Shown: piece by piece, positions 40,665 through 51,178 of the stretch | How positions within the stretch are numbered: the first letter of the stretch is position 1 | Layout: the number at the start of each line of letters is the position of its first letter | NCBI GenBank assembly: GCA_965116875.1 | Contig: OZ220733.1 | Span: forward strand, 1,312,001 to 1,376,000 | DNA length: 64,000 nucleotides | Direction: 5' to 3' | Origin: Candidatus Latescibacterota bacterium | GTDB taxonomy: Bacteria; Latescibacterota; UBA2968; GCA-2709665 | Notes under the pieces: generated by a model | The model's input: only the letters and a program-made list of their open reading frames with translations | The model's database searches: none | Told to the model about the DNA's origin: nothing | Made by a program: the position numbers and the translations under genes

Positions 40665-41231
40665 TCAAAGTCCGTATTCCAACGTGAGCTCCCTCTTCAC
40701 GTCCGTTCTCCCGACGCTTTCCTTTATATCCTCCATGATTTCCAACCACCTGTGTTCCCTGAATTTGCCGAAGTCGAGGACGAATCCGGGAAGCGCCCTG
40801 CTCTCGACAAGACCGGCCGGCTCCTGACCGAGCACTTCGAACTTCCCGCCTCGAAGCTGGTACCACGTCGCCGGTTTTCCGTTTTCCACGAACAATGCCT
40901 CCTGAACTCCCGAAGCTTCATAGATCTGACGCTTCTTGCCCGGATCGGAGAATCCGTGCTTGGACTCGATCTCCAGTACGAAGTTCGGCGGCCCCTCGTA
41001 GACCTGGTGTTCGTGGTTTTTTCGACAGATCTGCCGGGGACCGTTCCTCCGCACGATCACACCCACGTTCGGATAGACCATACAATCCGACTTCCCGCCG
41101 TATTCGAGCCGCACGGGCGGGAAGAGAACCACGTCCATACCGGTAGCGAGCATTCGATAATAATTGATCACCGTGAGAATATCCGTGTGATGTCTTGACA
41201 CGTTTGCGTCGGGTATCCACATGATTATCAT
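40665..41231 (-). CDS. Uma2/DUF820 family endonuclease-like protein, possibly N-terminally truncated
   Basis: YEGPPNFVLEI, KKRQIYEASGVQE, VESRALPGFVLD. Confidence 0.75.
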   Translation of the reverse strand: MIIMWIPDANVSRHHTDILTVINYYRMLATGMDVVLFPPVRLEYGGKSDCMVYPNVGVIVRRNGPRQICRKNHEHQVYEGPPNFVLEIESKHGFSDPGKKRQIYEASGVQEALFVENGKPATWYQLRGGKFEVLGQEPAGLVESRALPGFVLDFGKFREHRWLEIMEDIKESVGRTDVKRELTLEYGL

Positions 41232-41303
41232 CCTCCCACGTCAATTCCGTTCGTGGTCATCCCGGTTCCATTCTCGATGCGTCGTTCGTCCGGCCGTGCG
41301 TTC

Positions 41304-43697
41304 CTACTCGTGTCGCAGAGCCTCTATGGGATTGGCGCTGCAGGCTCGAAAGCACTGGAATCCGACAACCAGCAACGTGGCGAAAACAGATCCCAATGCC
41401 GTAAAAAGAAAGGGGAACAGGCCCATGTTCGCTCGATAAGCGAAATCTTGCAGCCAGTCTTGCGTGACGAAATAAGCAAACGGCCATGCGATAAGATTGG
41501 CGATAAGCACCAGTTTTGTGAATTCGGCGCCCAACAGGATCGCGATTTTGCCGATGGATGCACCGAAGACCTTGCGGATGCCAATCTCCTTTCGGCGGCG
41601 TTCGCAGGTGTGGGCGGCAAGACCAAGCAAACCCACGGACGCGATGAGGAACGAGACTCCGAATCCAACGGCGAAAATTCGCTGGAACCGCAGGTATTTG
41701 CCGTAGTTGATCTCCAGCCGGTCATCGAGAAACGCATACATGAATGGACGAACCGGGATATAGCTCTTCCAGATTTCTTCGAGGCCCTGCATGGTTTCGC
41801 TTATGTTTCCGGTGGCGAGTTGCAGGTTGACCACGCGAAAGGAACGCGGGCGCAAGACAAAGGCATTGGCGTGGAGTCTCTCAGTCAGCCGGCGCATGTG
41901 AAAGTCCTCCACGACGCCGATGATCCAGCTCTCATTATCGAGCAGTTTGAACGGTTTTCCAACCGGATTTTCAAGTCCGAGTTTCTCCACCGCTGTCTCG
42001 TTCAGAATGGTCGCACGCTCAAAATCACTCCGGATGTCAGCGGAAAAATTGCGCCCCGCAACGAGACTGACGCCGATCATGGGGAACAGATCTTCGTCAA
42101 TGGCGTATTGCCGGATCTCGAAAACAGCGCCCGACGGACCCACGACCATTTCTTTTCTGCTCGTCCAGCCTTCTCCCGGAAGGCTGGCAGATGCGGTTGC
42201 CGCGAGCACGTTGGGGTGATTGAGAAAGCGCTGCTTCACCTCATTGTAGGTTTTTCTCAGCGATCCATCGACGTCAAAGATGCGGAGCGCCAGGATGTTT
42301 TCTTTTTTGAACCCCAGATCTCTGTTGAGGACATATTCGAGTTGGACAAAAGCGACGAGTGCGACAAAAACCAGAAAAGTGGAGACGGCAAACTGAAAGA
42401 TCACAAGGACCTTTCGCGGGAATGACCCGCCGGAACCCGATGCGGATTGGCTGTGCAGCGCGGTAATGGGGGAGCCCCGGCTGAGAAGAAAGGCAGGATA
42501 GATGCCGGAGAAAAGACCGACCAGAACGGTTGCAGCCAGGAGTACAGCCGCCATGTGCGGCTCCAAAAACGCGGAGAGTGTCTCCGTCTGTCCCACGATA
42601 TGTTGCCAGTACGGCGCGGTCACGCCCGTGAGGAGAAGGGACAGGGGCAGTGCGAGAATGGTGAGCAGGACAGACTCGAGGAGGAATTGGCAAGCCAACT
42701 GCCGCTGACCGGCGCCAACGACCTTTCGCATACCCACTTCCCTGGCCCGAAGGGCCGCGCGCGCGGTAGAGAGATTGACGAAGTTGATACATGCGACGAA
42801 TAGGACGAGTACACCAATGGACGCGAGAGACCGAACCGCCTTGAGGTCGCCGGCGCCAATGCCGGTGCCCGGACCACTGATGCCTTCCGGGAAGTCTTCA
42901 CGGCCATAGAGACGCGTACGTAATAGTGATTGCAGACGATGGCTGGTCGTGTTTTCCGGGTTCTCTTCGGGTATGGAAAGCGCACGCAATTTCTCTTCGG
43001 TTCGCTCCGGGTCGGCATCCCTGCGCAGACGGACAAAGGTCTGTACCCACCGAAATGAGGTGCGGAGTTCCCGGTTGGTCCAGGCATCCCGGACGCTTGC
43101 CGGCAGGGTTGCGGTTACAAAGTGGGGATTGAAATGCGTGTTGCGCGGCTGCGCTTCCAGAATTCCGGTGACAACGAAATCGCCCCACTGACCTTTGAGC
43201 ACCTTGCCCATCGGGTCTTCCCCGGCCCGGAAGAATTCGGCAACGGCTTCTTGCGAGATGACCACACCGCCGGGTTGTTTGAGAGCTTTGTGGAGATCGC
43301 CCCGCTTCAATCTGATCCCCCAGAATTCGAGATAGTTGGGATCGGTATACCAGAACGCGCGGCGTTGGGCAAACTGTCGATATTGCACCCACCTGTGGCC
43401 CGGACGGATGCGGTTGGCAGATTCAACTTCGGCAATGGATTCCATCATTTCGGGGGTGAGCGCAGCGTGAGTGTCGACCTGAAAGTCCATTTTGTAGGGG
43501 GTGGTCAGTTCCCGCAATACCCGATAGGTGCGATCGGCTCCCGGGCGAAACGTGTCGAAGCCGGTTTCGTGGGCGACGTAGAGCCACGTCAGGAGCATGC
43601 ACGTGAGACCAACGCTCAAACCGAGGAGATTGGCTGAAGTATACAGACGATGGCGAATGATGTGCCGGACGGCGACTGTGAGGACGTTGCGTAGGAT
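41304..43697 (-). CDS. MacB/FtsX-family ABC transporter permease (putative ATC start)
   Basis: ACINFVNLSTAR, REVGMRKVVGA, KEIGIRKVFGAS, ANPIEALRHE; N-terminus ILRNVLTVAVRH begins at ATC 43697. Confidence 0.88.
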   Translation of the reverse strand: MLRNVLTVAVRHIIRHRLYTSANLLGLSVGLTCMLLTWLYVAHETGFDTFRPGADRTYRVLRELTTPYKMDFQVDTHAALTPEMMESIAEVESANRIRPGHRWVQYRQFAQRRAFWYTDPNYLEFWGIRLKRGDLHKALKQPGGVVISQEAVAEFFRAGEDPMGKVLKGQWGDFVVTGILEAQPRNTHFNPHFVTATLPASVRDAWTNRELRTSFRWVQTFVRLRRDADPERTEEKLRALSIPEENPENTTSHRLQSLLRTRLYGREDFPEGISGPGTGIGAGDLKAVRSLASIGVLVLFVACINFVNLSTARAALRAREVGMRKVVGAGQRQLACQFLLESVLLTILALPLSLLLTGVTAPYWQHIVGQTETLSAFLEPHMAAVLLAATVLVGLFSGIYPAFLLSRGSPITALHSQSASGSGGSFPRKVLVIFQFAVSTFLVFVALVAFVQLEYVLNRDLGFKKENILALRIFDVDGSLRKTYNEVKQRFLNHPNVLAATASASLPGEGWTSRKEMVVGPSGAVFEIRQYAIDEDLFPMIGVSLVAGRNFSADIRSDFERATILNETAVEKLGLENPVGKPFKLLDNESWIIGVVEDFHMRRLTERLHANAFVLRPRSFRVVNLQLATGNISETMQGLEEIWKSYIPVRPFMYAFLDDRLEINYGKYLRFQRIFAVGFGVSFLIASVGLLGLAAHTCERRRKEIGIRKVFGASIGKIAILLGAEFTKLVLIANLIAWPFAYFVTQDWLQDFAYRANMGLFPFLFTALGSVFATLLVVGFQCFRACSANPIEALRHE

Positions 43698-43700
43698 GTC

Positions 43701-46073
43701 TTATTCCTGGCTCAAGACGTCGACGGGGTTGGTACGAGCCGCGTTCCGGGAAAGATGAGCCACCGTTCCAACGGCAATGACGAGCGTGACCGCCACACTG
43801 AGAAGGAAAGGCCAGACCGTGAGATCGATCCGGTAGGCAAAGTTGCGCAGCCAGTTCTGTGTCAACAGATAGGCAAACGGACATGCAGCGGCCCCGGCCA
43901 GGAGTGCGAGCATCGGGAATTCCCGGGCAACCCGGAACAGGAGATGGCCTTCGGAAGCGCCCAGCACTTTGCAAATCGCGATCTCCCGCGTGCGTCGCTC
44001 GGCCGCGAATGCCGCGAGTCCGATTGTACCCAGGCAGGCCAGGAGGATGGCGACAATCGCGGAACGGTTGACCAGCGCCCCCTGTCGATACTCATGACCG
44101 TATTTGGATTTCACGTAGTCGTCGATATAGAAGCCGTCGAAAGGAACCGTGGGGACCAGTTGAGCCCAGATCCCCGTTATGTCCGAAAACGCTTCCTGTT
44201 CACGATCCTCCTCGATCTTCAGATGCAGGTATTTCACGTTTGACCCCGCCGCCGACAACACCACCGGGACCATCGGCTCCCTGAGGGAGCGAACGTGAAA
44301 GTCCTGTGTCATCCCCACGACCAATGCGGGTTGCTTGCCCAGCAATAGCGTACGGCCTACCGGCTCGGTCCAGCCGAGTCTTCTCGCGGCCGTCTCGTTT
44401 ATCAGTACCTCGGTCACGTCGTCGCCGATCGACCGTTCGGCGTAGGCACGCGAGAAACTCCGTCCCGCCAGTATCGGAATCCCGTAACAGTCGAGAAAAT
44501 CCTCATTCGCCCGGAATAGCCGAATTTCAATCTCCCGATCCGGTGAATCGACTGGCGATACGAAGCGGCGTTTGGGCCAACTGTGCCCCGGCAGGTCCAG
44601 GCTCGCAGCGACCGCAGTGATATCGGGATGATCCAAAAATCGTTGTTTGACCATGTTATAGCGGCTGTTCAGGGGGAGTCGTTCGGCATCGGGTCCGAAG
44701 ATCTTGACAACCAGGACCCCCTTGCGGACGAATCCCAGGTCGCTCGTCCGCACCAGGTCCATCTGAAGATAGACGACGAGCGTGGACGCAATGAGGACTG
44801 TGGATGCCGCGAACTGCAGAATCACCAGGGCCCGGCGCACCCAGAGGTCCCCCGGGAGCCCCTTGCGCAGACCTCTGAAGACGTCCGCCGGCTGCTGGGC
44901 AGACAGATAGAACCCCGGATAGATTCCGGATACGATGCCGGTGATCAAGGCAATAGCCAGAATCCAGTGCATCTGCTCGACGGGGTTGAATACAAGCGGT
45001 CTGCCCATCAGGGTTGAAAACTGGGGCAGGAGCGCCCGCGTCAATCCGATGGACAACGGCAGCGCGACAAGGGTAAACAGGAGGGACTCGCAAAGGAACT
45101 GACCGACCACGGTACGGCGACGTGCGCCGGCGACCCGGCGCATGCCGGTCTCGCGGGCGCGCAGGGCCGAGCGTGCGGTAGCCAGATTCATGAAATTGAT
45201 ACACGCGATGAACAGGATACCCAGACCCAGAACCGATAACGGATAGAGACCGCGAACGTCGCCGTACAACATCCCCGAGTCTCCCTTGAAACCCTCCAGG
45301 TCGACCCTGGAATACAGGTGGATCCGCGGCATGGGTTGGAGCCGGTACGTCGCACGGCCGGAAGCCGCGGGAAACCGGGCGGCAAGCGCCTTCTCGACCG
45401 CCGCAACGTCCGCGTCCAGTTGTAAACGAACGAAGATCGGCGCAGTTCGAATAGCCCAGTTTCCGGACGCAAATCGCGTGACGCTGTCAAACTCAAAACG
45501 CGTATTGGTGGGGAGGTCCTTCATGACGGCGATGACATTGAATGACTCGACGTGGGTCTCCCGCTGCACCTCCACGGTCCTGCCCAGGGGATCCGCGTCC
45601 CCGAACAACTTTGCCGCGAGGCTCCGCGTCAACACGATCGACGCGTCCTTGCGGGATAGCGCGTCGGCGTCTCCGTGAATGACGTCGAGCCCGAAAAACC
45701 CCAAGGCGTCGCCGTCGACGGGACAGAGCCGCTGGCGAAACAGGCGGCCTTCGGCGCGAAACCAGGAACTGATCTGGCGGTATTGGACGACGTCTTCCAC
45801 CTGGGGATAGTCGTTGCGCAGGCTCACCGCGATCTCTGCCGGCAGCGCACTCTGCCATCGGACCCGGCCGCGCGCGTCCATATCCTTTTGCATGATGCGG
45901 TAAACCCGGTCTGCGTGAGGACGAAATGCGTCGTAGCTCATCTCATAGCGTATATACAGCATAATGAGCATGGCGCAGGTCAATCCGATCACCAGACTGG
46001 CAACGCTGATCGCGGTGTGGGTCCGGTTCCGGATCGCGTTGCGAATTGCGACTTTAAGAAAGTTGTATAGAAT
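43701..46073 (-). CDS. MacB/FtsX-family ABC transporter permease (putative ATT start)
   Basis: ACINFMNLATAR, RETGMRRVAGA, NPVDVL; N-terminus ILYNFLKVAIRN begins at ATT 46073. Confidence 0.88.
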   Translation of the reverse strand: MLYNFLKVAIRNAIRNRTHTAISVASLVIGLTCAMLIMLYIRYEMSYDAFRPHADRVYRIMQKDMDARGRVRWQSALPAEIAVSLRNDYPQVEDVVQYRQISSWFRAEGRLFRQRLCPVDGDALGFFGLDVIHGDADALSRKDASIVLTRSLAAKLFGDADPLGRTVEVQRETHVESFNVIAVMKDLPTNTRFEFDSVTRFASGNWAIRTAPIFVRLQLDADVAAVEKALAARFPAASGRATYRLQPMPRIHLYSRVDLEGFKGDSGMLYGDVRGLYPLSVLGLGILFIACINFMNLATARSALRARETGMRRVAGARRRTVVGQFLCESLLFTLVALPLSIGLTRALLPQFSTLMGRPLVFNPVEQMHWILAIALITGIVSGIYPGFYLSAQQPADVFRGLRKGLPGDLWVRRALVILQFAASTVLIASTLVVYLQMDLVRTSDLGFVRKGVLVVKIFGPDAERLPLNSRYNMVKQRFLDHPDITAVAASLDLPGHSWPKRRFVSPVDSPDREIEIRLFRANEDFLDCYGIPILAGRSFSRAYAERSIGDDVTEVLINETAARRLGWTEPVGRTLLLGKQPALVVGMTQDFHVRSLREPMVPVVLSAAGSNVKYLHLKIEEDREQEAFSDITGIWAQLVPTVPFDGFYIDDYVKSKYGHEYRQGALVNRSAIVAILLACLGTIGLAAFAAERRTREIAICKVLGASEGHLLFRVAREFPMLALLAGAAACPFAYLLTQNWLRNFAYRIDLTVWPFLLSVAVTLVIAVGTVAHLSRNAARTNPVDVLSQE

Positions 46074-46127
46074 CGCTGAACCTGTTGGTGTGCGGTCTGC
46101 GCCCGTTTTCGGACTTCCTCGGGGGTT

Positions 46128-46931
46128 TCAGGACTCCCAAACGTAGACCTTCTTGTAGTAGACCGTCTCAAATCCATTGCGTTCGAGATTGCCCAACGAG
46201 GTCTTCAGCATTGCAAGCGTTTCACTGCAGGCCGCACGGCATCCCAGTTCCGCTGCACGATTCAGGCGGGCTCTGATCAGCGCATTCTGGCCGCCCTTTC
46301 CTCTGTGCGTCTCCGCGGTCCCGGCCCATCCCAGATAGGCGAAATCTCCATGGTGGGCCAGTATCGCGGCGCTGACGGGCGTATCGCCGTCAAATGCCAT
46401 GAAATGGTCGAATCCGTCCCGATCGACGCACTGGAAGAAGAACGAACACGGCCAGGGCTCGTATATGCGGAGAATCGCATCCTTCCGGCTTTCAATCTCG
46501 CGTTCTGACACCCGCCGCACGGCCAGGCGGGTCGGGAACGGGTCCACGCTTTCAACGGGACGAACCAGCGTGGGATACGTGGTTCCCTTAAACGGTTTGA
46601 GACCGCTGTCCCCCAGCCACCCGATCACTTCCTCTTCCTGCGGATTCGGGCTCATCCAGAAGAAAAACCGTTGGACCTTCGATTTGCTGAATTCGCTCAG
46701 GATTTCCAGGAAATCGGTCCTGGAAACCCTCCTACCGCATCCGAAGAAAAAAACGGCATTCTGATTCGCCGATGGATAGGGCGATGAGGCGGAAGAGGGA
46801 TCGAGTGTGACAACGGCGGCATCAGAGGGGACCTGGATCCTCGACTCGCAAGGAACGCAATCGAGTTCCCGCACCCTGATCGCCATTAGTCGCCGTGCAA
46901 TCTCATCCGGTCTGATATAGGCGAGCGTCAC
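46128..46931 (-). CDS. GNAT family N-acetyltransferase
   Basis: [20 protein letters not shown] acetyl-CoA motif; NLERNGF. Confidence 0.85.
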   Translation of the reverse strand: MTLAYIRPDEIARRLMAIRVRELDCVPCESRIQVPSDAAVVTLDPSSASSPYPSANQNAVFFFGCGRRVSRTDFLEILSEFSKSKVQRFFFWMSPNPQEEEVIGWLGDSGLKPFKGTTYPTLVRPVESVDPFPTRLAVRRVSEREIESRKDAILRIYEPWPCSFFFQCVDRDGFDHFMAFDGDTPVSAAILAHHGDFAYLGWAGTAETHRGKGGQNALIRARLNRAAELGCRAACSETLAMLKTSLGNLERNGFETVYYKKVYVWES

Positions 46932-49801
46932 GACTTCCCTTCGAGGTGCGGTTTCAGGAACTGTCCCGTGTACGACTGCTCAACAGCGGCCACCGCCTCG
47001 GGAGGACCCGTGGCAATCACATCGCCCCCGTTGTGCCCGCCCTCCGGGCCGAGGTCGATCACGTAGTCGGCGGTCTTGATCACGTCGAGGTGATGTTCGA
47101 TGACCACAACGGTATGTCCGGCGTCGACGAGGCCGTTGAGCGCGTCGAGCAGCTTCTGGATGTCGGCCAGGTGCAATCCCGTGGTCGGCTCGTCCAGAAT
47201 ATAGAGATTGTGCCGGCCGCGTTTGATCTTGCCGAGCTCACTGGCGAGTTTGATGCGCTGCGCCTCTCCGCCGGAGAGGATGGTGGCCGGATGGCCGATT
47301 TTAAGATAGCCCAGCCCCAGGTCGTTCAGTACGGCAAGTTTGCGGGCAATGAGGCGATTCCCCGCGAAGAACGCGACGCCCTCTTCAATGGACATGTTCA
47401 GGACGTCGGCAATGGTCTTGTCCCGGTAGGTGACCTCCAGCGTCTCGTCGTTGTAGCGTGCGCCCTTGCAGGTGGGACAGGGGATGGCCACGTCGGGCAT
47501 GAAGGCGAAGCTCGTCTTGATCTCGCCTTCGCCGGCGCATTCCTCGCAGCGGCCGCCCTTGACGTTGAAGCTGAATCGGGAGGCCGTATACCCTCGTTCC
47601 CCGGCTTCTTCGGTGGATGCGAAACATTTGCGGATATTGTCGTAGAATCCGATGTACGTGGCGGGATTGGACCTGGGAGACCGGCCGATGGCGGTCTGAT
47701 CGATGTTGATGACGTCCCCCACGTGTTCATAGCCTGAGAGCTCGTCGTGATCGCCGGAAAAGACCCGGCTGTCGTGAAACAGATTGTACAGTTTTTTGTA
47801 CAGCACTTCGTGTATAAGGGTGCTTTTGCCCGATCCGGACGCGCCGGTGATACATGTAAAGATGCCCAGCGGGATTTCAACGTCCACGTTGTTGAGGTTG
47901 TTCGCCCGCGCGCCCCTGATGCGAATCGTCCTGGCGTTCTTCCCGCGTCGTTGAGCGGGCACGGCGATTGTTCTGGCCCCGTTCAGATACTGCGCCGTTG
48001 GGGATTCCCTGCAGTCCAGGACCTCGTCGAATGGACCTGCCGCGACAACGCGACCCCCGTGTACTCCGGGACCGGGACCCATTTCAATGATGTGATCGGC
48101 CGCACGGATGGTCTCCTCGTCGTGTTCGACGACGATGACCGTGTTGCCGATGTCTCTCAGGCGTCTCATGGTGCCAATCATCTTGACGTTGTCTTTCGGG
48201 TGCAGGCCGATGCTGGGCTCGTCCAGAACATAGAGCATGCCCATCAGCCCCGAGCCGATCTGGGTGGAGAGGCGAATGCGCTGGGACTCGCCGCCGGAGA
48301 GCGTTCCGGTCGGACGGTTGAGGTTGAGATAGTCGAGGCCGATGCCGATCAACAGTTCGAGGCGGGACGAGATTTCGTGGACGATTTGCGAAACCACTTC
48401 CTTCTGTTTCGAGGGGATGGCAAGTTCCGTGAGAAAAGTGCGCAATTCCGGGAGATGCATTTCCCCGAGACTGTGAATGTTGCGGTCGTCAATCGTGACC
48501 AGAAGACGCTGTTTCTTCAACCGTTCTCCGCCGCAGTCCGGACAGGGGTTCTCAATCATGGTCTTGCGCAGATAGTCTTCCATGCCCCCGTGCGCCACAC
48601 CTTTTTGCCGGTATCGGCGGTACTGGCGTTCGATCTGATTGATGACGCCGTCGTAACGAAACTCCCGCCCGATGTACTTCGCGCCAACCTTGGCGTCCGG
48701 AGGCTGTTCGATGACGATTTTTTCGCCACCTGTTCCGTACAGAAGGAGGTCCCTTACGCCATCGGAAAGATCCTTATATGGGGTGTCCAGGTCGAAGCCG
48801 TATTTTCTGGACAGGCTGTAGAGGATACGCCCGCCCCACGTATTGACATCGTATTTCAGCGCTTCCTTCACAAACGCGCCTTCCCGCAGGCTTCGGTCCT
48901 TGTCCGGGGCGACCAGGTCGGGATGCGCTTTCAGATAGGTGCCCAGACCGGAGCACGTCACGCAGGCGCCGGCGGGATCATTGAATGTAAACATCCCGTG
49001 ATGCATACGGCCGGCGACGACGCGCGCGGACGAAGCGCCGAGCTTTCGGTGGAAAGTATCCACTGCCGACTTGCTGGTCTCGGAAAGAATGCGGAAACTC
49101 AGGAACCCTTCGCCAACGACCTCGAGGCCGTGCGTAAGGGACGTCGCGATCTGTTTGTCAAGACCCTCGCGGACGATAAAGCGATCCACGATCACTTCGA
49201 TCCGGTAGTCTTCGTCTTCATCCAGGTCGATTTCCTCGCCCAGGTCGTGAGGCGTATCGTCAATGCGCACCCGTCGGTATCCCTTGGTTCGAACGTCATC
49301 AAAGAGGTAGGCGTACTCTTCGCCGTAGATCTTGAGAACCGGCGCCAGAACTTCAACCTCCGTGCCGTCGGGCAGGGCAAGCAGATGTTCCATCATCTGA
49401 TGCGGGGTCCAGACGCTTACTTTCTCACCGGTGACCGGGCAACGGGGCTGGCCGATATTCGCATAGAGCATGCGCAGATAGTCCGACAGGTCCGTCATCG
49501 TCCCCACGGTCGAGCGGGGATTCTTCATCACGGTCTTCTGTTCGATCGAGACGACCGGAGAGAGACCGTTCACGAAGTCGACGTCCGGTTTCTTGAGTTG
49601 TGAGACGAATCGCCGGGCAAAGGTGGAAAGCGACTCCATGAATCGGCGCTGTCCTTCGGCATACACGGTATCGAAAGCGAGAGAGGATTTCCCGGAGCCG
49701 CTCACGCCCGTGACCACGACCAGCTTGTCGCGCGGGATTTCGAGATGGATGTTCCGAAGGTTGTTCTCGCGGGCGCCCTTGACCTCAATGGTCGATCTCA
49801 T
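46928..49801 (-). CDS. uvrA: excinuclease ABC subunit A
   Basis: Two ABC cassettes ([17 protein letters not shown]; [17 protein letters not shown]), zinc modules, UvrB-binding-domain region present. Confidence 0.95.
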   Translation of the reverse strand: MRSTIEVKGARENNLRNIHLEIPRDKLVVVTGVSGSGKSSLAFDTVYAEGQRRFMESLSTFARRFVSQLKKPDVDFVNGLSPVVSIEQKTVMKNPRSTVGTMTDLSDYLRMLYANIGQPRCPVTGEKVSVWTPHQMMEHLLALPDGTEVEVLAPVLKIYGEEYAYLFDDVRTKGYRRVRIDDTPHDLGEEIDLDEDEDYRIEVIVDRFIVREGLDKQIATSLTHGLEVVGEGFLSFRILSETSKSAVDTFHRKLGASSARVVAGRMHHGMFTFNDPAGACVTCSGLGTYLKAHPDLVAPDKDRSLREGAFVKEALKYDVNTWGGRILYSLSRKYGFDLDTPYKDLSDGVRDLLLYGTGGEKIVIEQPPDAKVGAKYIGREFRYDGVINQIERQYRRYRQKGVAHGGMEDYLRKTMIENPCPDCGGERLKKQRLLVTIDDRNIHSLGEMHLPELRTFLTELAIPSKQKEVVSQIVHEISSRLELLIGIGLDYLNLNRPTGTLSGGESQRIRLSTQIGSGLMGMLYVLDEPSIGLHPKDNVKMIGTMRRLRDIGNTVIVVEHDEETIRAADHIIEMGPGPGVHGGRVVAAGPFDEVLDCRESPTAQYLNGARTIAVPAQRRGKNARTIRIRGARANNLNNVDVEIPLGIFTCITGASGSGKSTLIHEVLYKKLYNLFHDSRVFSGDHDELSGYEHVGDVINIDQTAIGRSPRSNPATYIGFYDNIRKCFASTEEAGERGYTASRFSFNVKGGRCEECAGEGEIKTSFAFMPDVAIPCPTCKGARYNDETLEVTYRDKTIADVLNMSIEEGVAFFAGNRLIARKLAVLNDLGLGYLKIGHPATILSGGEAQRIKLASELGKIKRGRHNLYILDEPTTGLHLADIQKLLDALNGLVDAGHTVVVIEHHLDVIKTADYVIDLGPEGGHNGGDVIATGPPEAVAAVEQSYTGQFLKPHLEGKS

Positions 49802-49814
49802 CTATGGCCTCGGA

Positions 49815-49930
49815 ACGAGACTACGAAGGAACGAAACTACGAGATTACGAGACGGCGAGACGACGAAAACATCACTCGTCTATTCGTCTATTCGTCTATT
49901 CGTCTATTCGTATTCTCGCCTATTCGCCAT
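49815..49930. repeat. two opposed arrays of degenerate 8-bp tandem repeats
   Basis: About 7 ACGAGACT-like units followed by about 7 TCGTCTAT-like units. Confidence 0.8.
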
Positions 49931-50843
49931 CGTAGTAATACGCGGGTTCTTCAACTTCAACCCGGCTCTTCTCGGTCAGGTGGATCGGACTCGACAGCTT
50001 CTGAATGACTTCCTGCTGTACGAGCCATTCACAGGACGCTTCAAGGCCGCCGCCCTGCATCTTCTTGTCGAAATATTCGCTGATCTCCGAGAGTCTGCGA
50101 ATTTCAGACGATTCCTCGAGGTAGTCCAGCAGCGGGCGAAAGAGGACGGGGGTCTGCTGTTCGAGGAAATGATTGACCAGATCGAGTACGCGTTCGACGG
50201 ACTCGCGCGTCTTGGGCTGACTCACGAAATCTGTGTAGACCGCGTTGAATAATCGTGGATTGTATTTCAGCGCCTGATGAACCACTTCCCGGCCTGGCGC
50301 TTCGTTGTGCAGGATCACCTGGATCGATGCCAGGTCGCGCACAACCTGCATGAGCCACCAGAAGCTGTATCCATAGTCCTTCTTCAGGTAGAAGTACTTC
50401 TCCGCCTTGTTGAGCGAAGGGATCAGAAAACTCGCATGTCTCAACAGCTGGTATGCCCGGTCTCGCGTTCCGATCTGATCGATGGCGTCGTACCATCTCG
50501 CCACGGAATCGTCTTTCGTAAAAAGAAGGGTGCTCTTCGAAAACGTAAAGTCCAGCCAGCCGCCGCCGAGATCGCCTTCGATCCGGTGTTTGAAGACGCT
50601 GCGGGGAATGCGTTGCGCATGGATGTTGACATCGTCTTCACAGAGCGTAACATGCCCTTCTTTCACCCCCTCCTGCATGATAATCCACAGATCGATATCC
50701 GAATTCACCCAGACTTCGTCGTAGGACAGACTGCCAAACAGAATCGCAGCGAGTACCGTCCGATCCTTTTCGAGTTTTCCGACCAGAGACGACAGCGCGC
50801 CCTGGTAGCGTTTCCGGATTTTATCCGGCGTGTCAGGAGACAT
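49920..50843 (-). CDS. pol-beta-type nucleotidyltransferase domain protein
   Basis: LFGSLSYDEVWVNSDIDL (GS...DxD), helical C-terminus; GGAG RBS before ATG 50843. Confidence 0.8.
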   Translation of the reverse strand: MSPDTPDKIRKRYQGALSSLVGKLEKDRTVLAAILFGSLSYDEVWVNSDIDLWIIMQEGVKEGHVTLCEDDVNIHAQRIPRSVFKHRIEGDLGGGWLDFTFSKSTLLFTKDDSVARWYDAIDQIGTRDRAYQLLRHASFLIPSLNKAEKYFYLKKDYGYSFWWLMQVVRDLASIQVILHNEAPGREVVHQALKYNPRLFNAVYTDFVSQPKTRESVERVLDLVNHFLEQQTPVLFRPLLDYLEESSEIRRLSEISEYFDKKMQGGGLEASCEWLVQQEVIQKLSSPIHLTEKSRVEVEEPAYYYDGE

Positions 50844-50888
50844 CGAAAACTCCATCGTCACTATACTAATGAACGCGCGGGAGTACAT

Positions 50889-50917
50889 GATATACGCAGG
50901 TACGAATCAGGAGTCAA
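50889..50917 (-). promoter_or_regulatory. sigma70-like promoter for the nucleotidyltransferase-uvrA run
   Basis: TTGACT-17-TATATC on the minus strand. Confidence 0.45.
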
Positions 50918-51178
50918 GGTCAATTCCGCGAAAACGCAGGCAGCCGCGGAGGTCCTGTTCACGTCCAGCAACCTGGTGTATCCTGCCTGCCTGTCGAACG
51001 TAACCAGACAGGGGTATCCGCAGTTAAATCGCCTTTATTAACTTGCATATATTCCATTTAACGTCCACGAAAACTTACGAATCAAGGTTAACCAAATGAA
51101 AAGCGTCGGGCGGTTTTTCGTTCCAGACAACCGGTAGCTGCATCAAGCCGCTTTCCACCATCTCCGACGGAGGAACCA

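Noticed and set aside
43698-43703. Stop readthrough fusing the two permeases
   Set aside because: Each gene is a complete permease with a normal C-terminus and TAA is a strong stop; the shared frame may be chance
47747-49603. Long antisense ORFs (618 aa here; also 39756-41198, 41253-42425, 4875-6038, 10234-11361)
   Set aside because: They mirror well-supported genes on the opposite strand, a typical high-GC shadow, and have no motifs
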